64,000 nt of DNA from NCBI GenBank assembly GCA_051294375.1, contig JBJCIZ010000239.1, forward strand, positions 7,175,220-7,239,219, read 5' to 3'. Source of the stretch: Paraspadella gotoi. Taxonomy: Eukaryota; Animalia; Chaetognatha. Positions 62,215-64,000 of the stretch are shown piece by piece (the first letter of the stretch is position 1; the number at the start of each line of letters is the position of its first letter). Made by a program: the position numbers and the translations under genes. The notes below the pieces were generated by a model. It was given only the letters and a program-made list of their open reading frames with translations. It made no database searches and was not told the origin of the DNA.

Positions 62215-64000
62215 CTAGAAGCGACTCGCCTGTTGCTGCTGGTAGTCATCCTCTTCTTGGGGCTGCTGGAGGTGTTGGTTGGACATCCGGTTTCTTGTTG
62301 TTGCTGGCTTGATCCTGTCGATGGAGATCTTCTCTTGTCCTCGGCCATATGTCCACTGTGAAGGTATTGTCACTCTTGAGACTACTTTGTAAGGGCCCAA
62401 GTAGGGCGTAGCAGCGAAGTGACCCTGTGTGGCCACGGAGCACAAAAACCCAGTTTGCTGAGGCAAGACTGTGAGGAGATGAACAGGTGGCGTTTGAGTG
62501 CCAATTAGGAAACTACTGGTACTCAAACAATGCAACGTACCTTATCGTGTCTCAAGTTTTGCAGCTCATTTTGGGCATTTGCTCTTGTTGCGCTGTGTCT
62601 ACCTATTACCAGTTCGCCTTGGGATTTGCCTATTGTATCTCCGAATACAAGGTTCTGGCTGCGTGATTGCTTGTAGGTCTTCTTTTGGTGGCAGACCTGA
62701 GTCCTTAATAAGACCCGGGTAGTTGATTGAACCAATTTTGCCGCCGGACGACGCATTCCACAACGCGCTTTCAATGATGCCTTCATGGTACTGGTGAATA
62801 ACCGTTCGACCATATCCCGTTCGGCCTGCGGGTGGTAAGCTGTAGGTGGTGTTTGAGCTTGGTAGCCCTATAGCTTGGGCTCAGCTGACTGCCACAGATT
62901 CAAGAAGTGAATTGTGTTCCCACGGTTCGAAGTGACCTGTGGACTGGTACACCGAAGTTCTGGCGATCCAGTTCTGAAGGGAAGGCTGTTGCTACGGTTA
63001 CTGCGGAGATTCCGAAGGGGATATGCTTCAGGGCCAACGAGAAAAAACGCGTCTACCACAGGTTAAAAGGTACGTGCTAACCGCTTGAAGTGGCGCAAGG
63101 ACCCACCAAGTCAATTGTGAACGTGTTCGAATCGCCTCGGCATGGTGCTTCGGAAAGTGTAGTGGAGCCTTGGGTAGTGTCGTCTGTAACCTTGCTGCCG
63201 CTGGCAGTCAAGGCAGGCCTGAGCCCATTTTTGCCACGTCTGACGCGGCTTTTGGCCAAACAAATTCTCTTTGTTACCAGCTTTTTTTGTGCTTCTTGAT
63301 GCTCCGGGTGAGCGAGGTTTGTGGTGATGGCATCATAACTCGACGGCGGCCATGTTGTTGGGAACCAAGGGCGCGCCCTTCCTGAACTGACATCGCAGAT
63401 GATGTCAAAGTCGTTCAAGGTCGCAACTATCTTGAATCGCAGGCTGGTGTGGGCGTCCGCCAGGAGTCGCTAGATCTCCTTCGTCGGAACATTTGGTCGC
63501 CGCTAAACTGGCAAAATCGACGGCCTTGGGGGACAACTGCGTTGACCGTTGGCGACCAAACGAGGATTTCTTGAAGGTCCTGATTGATCCTTCAGGTTCT
63601 GGCACCTGCTTGCTGGGCTGATGGATTCTTGAATAGTGTAGTTCCGCTACCACGGTTGGCCTGCCTCGATTGTATCGCGATGTCTGTTGGTGTATTCGCG
63701 AGAGGCAGATAATTAATATGTTTAGACGCATTGAGTGGTGGCTCAGATTTCTTGCGTATGGCGGGAACTAGGGCTGTTCTGGTCATGGAGCAACATGAAC
63801 GGAAGTAGCGCCTTCCAGGAAGGCCTGAGTGCCGGACTTGAGCGCGAGGTGGTGCGGCAAGGAGTTCGGCCATGGACCGGTCGAAAGGTGGCCATTTTGT
63901 CTTGGTTCTGAAGCTAGCGGGGCTGAGAAAAAGCCTAAGGGCTTGCGCATTGACCACCAATCTTCTGCTCCAGGACGCCGCCAATGGCCGTTCAGTGACG
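62215..64000 (-). CDS. Gypsy pol fragment (RNase H + integrase), heavily frameshifted
   Basis: FDR...ELLA (RNase H), CDVSSGRARP, IDLVGP, VDAF..GPEAYPL, PQVTS.RG, AYHPQA.GMVER, MKASLKA, PYLGPYKV, SIDRIKPA. Confidence 0.88.

Larger units (their letters stand above)
61204..64000 (-). mobile_element. Ty3/Gypsy LTR retrotransposon, 3' part (continues beyond the window)
   Basis: RNase H then integrase order, followed by 3' UTR, PPT and LTR. Confidence 0.88.

Overview
Eukaryotic (invertebrate-animal-like), AT-rich, microsatellite-rich draft scaffold with N gaps and many indel errors typical of unpolished long reads. Recognisable host genes, all frameshifted by apparent sequence error: Nopp140/NOLC1 (+, 4.9-7.5 kb), SFT2D1/2-like (+), TYW3 (+), multi-exon glycine amidinotransferase GATM (-, 16.4-20 kb) and a KLHDC1/2-like kelch gene (-, 49.6-61.1 kb). 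About 22 kb is redundant: 24318-39090 is a progressively degraded fold-back (reverse complement) of ~13000-24316, and ~39280-46730 is a noisy direct copy of 1-1500 plus 11325-12870; both are most likely assembly artefacts. The most interesting biology is in the mobile elements. (i) Two families of miniature non-coding LTR retroelements (TRIMs) carry a tRNA-derived Pol III module in their LTRs (Helenus/Cassandra-like): a full element and a solo LTR with 4-bp TSDs, a diverged relative, and a second family interrupted by later insertions. (ii) A non-autonomous BEL/Pao element has no tRNA primer-binding site but has an 11-nt sequence at that position perfectly complementary to its own LTR, as in Tf1-type self-priming. 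(iii) A multi-layer nested TE stack expands one kelch-gene intron from about 0.2 kb to 10.7 kb. A degenerate Gypsy pol and 3' LTR lie at the right end. All coordinates were read by eye; family names rest on recalled motifs, not database searches.
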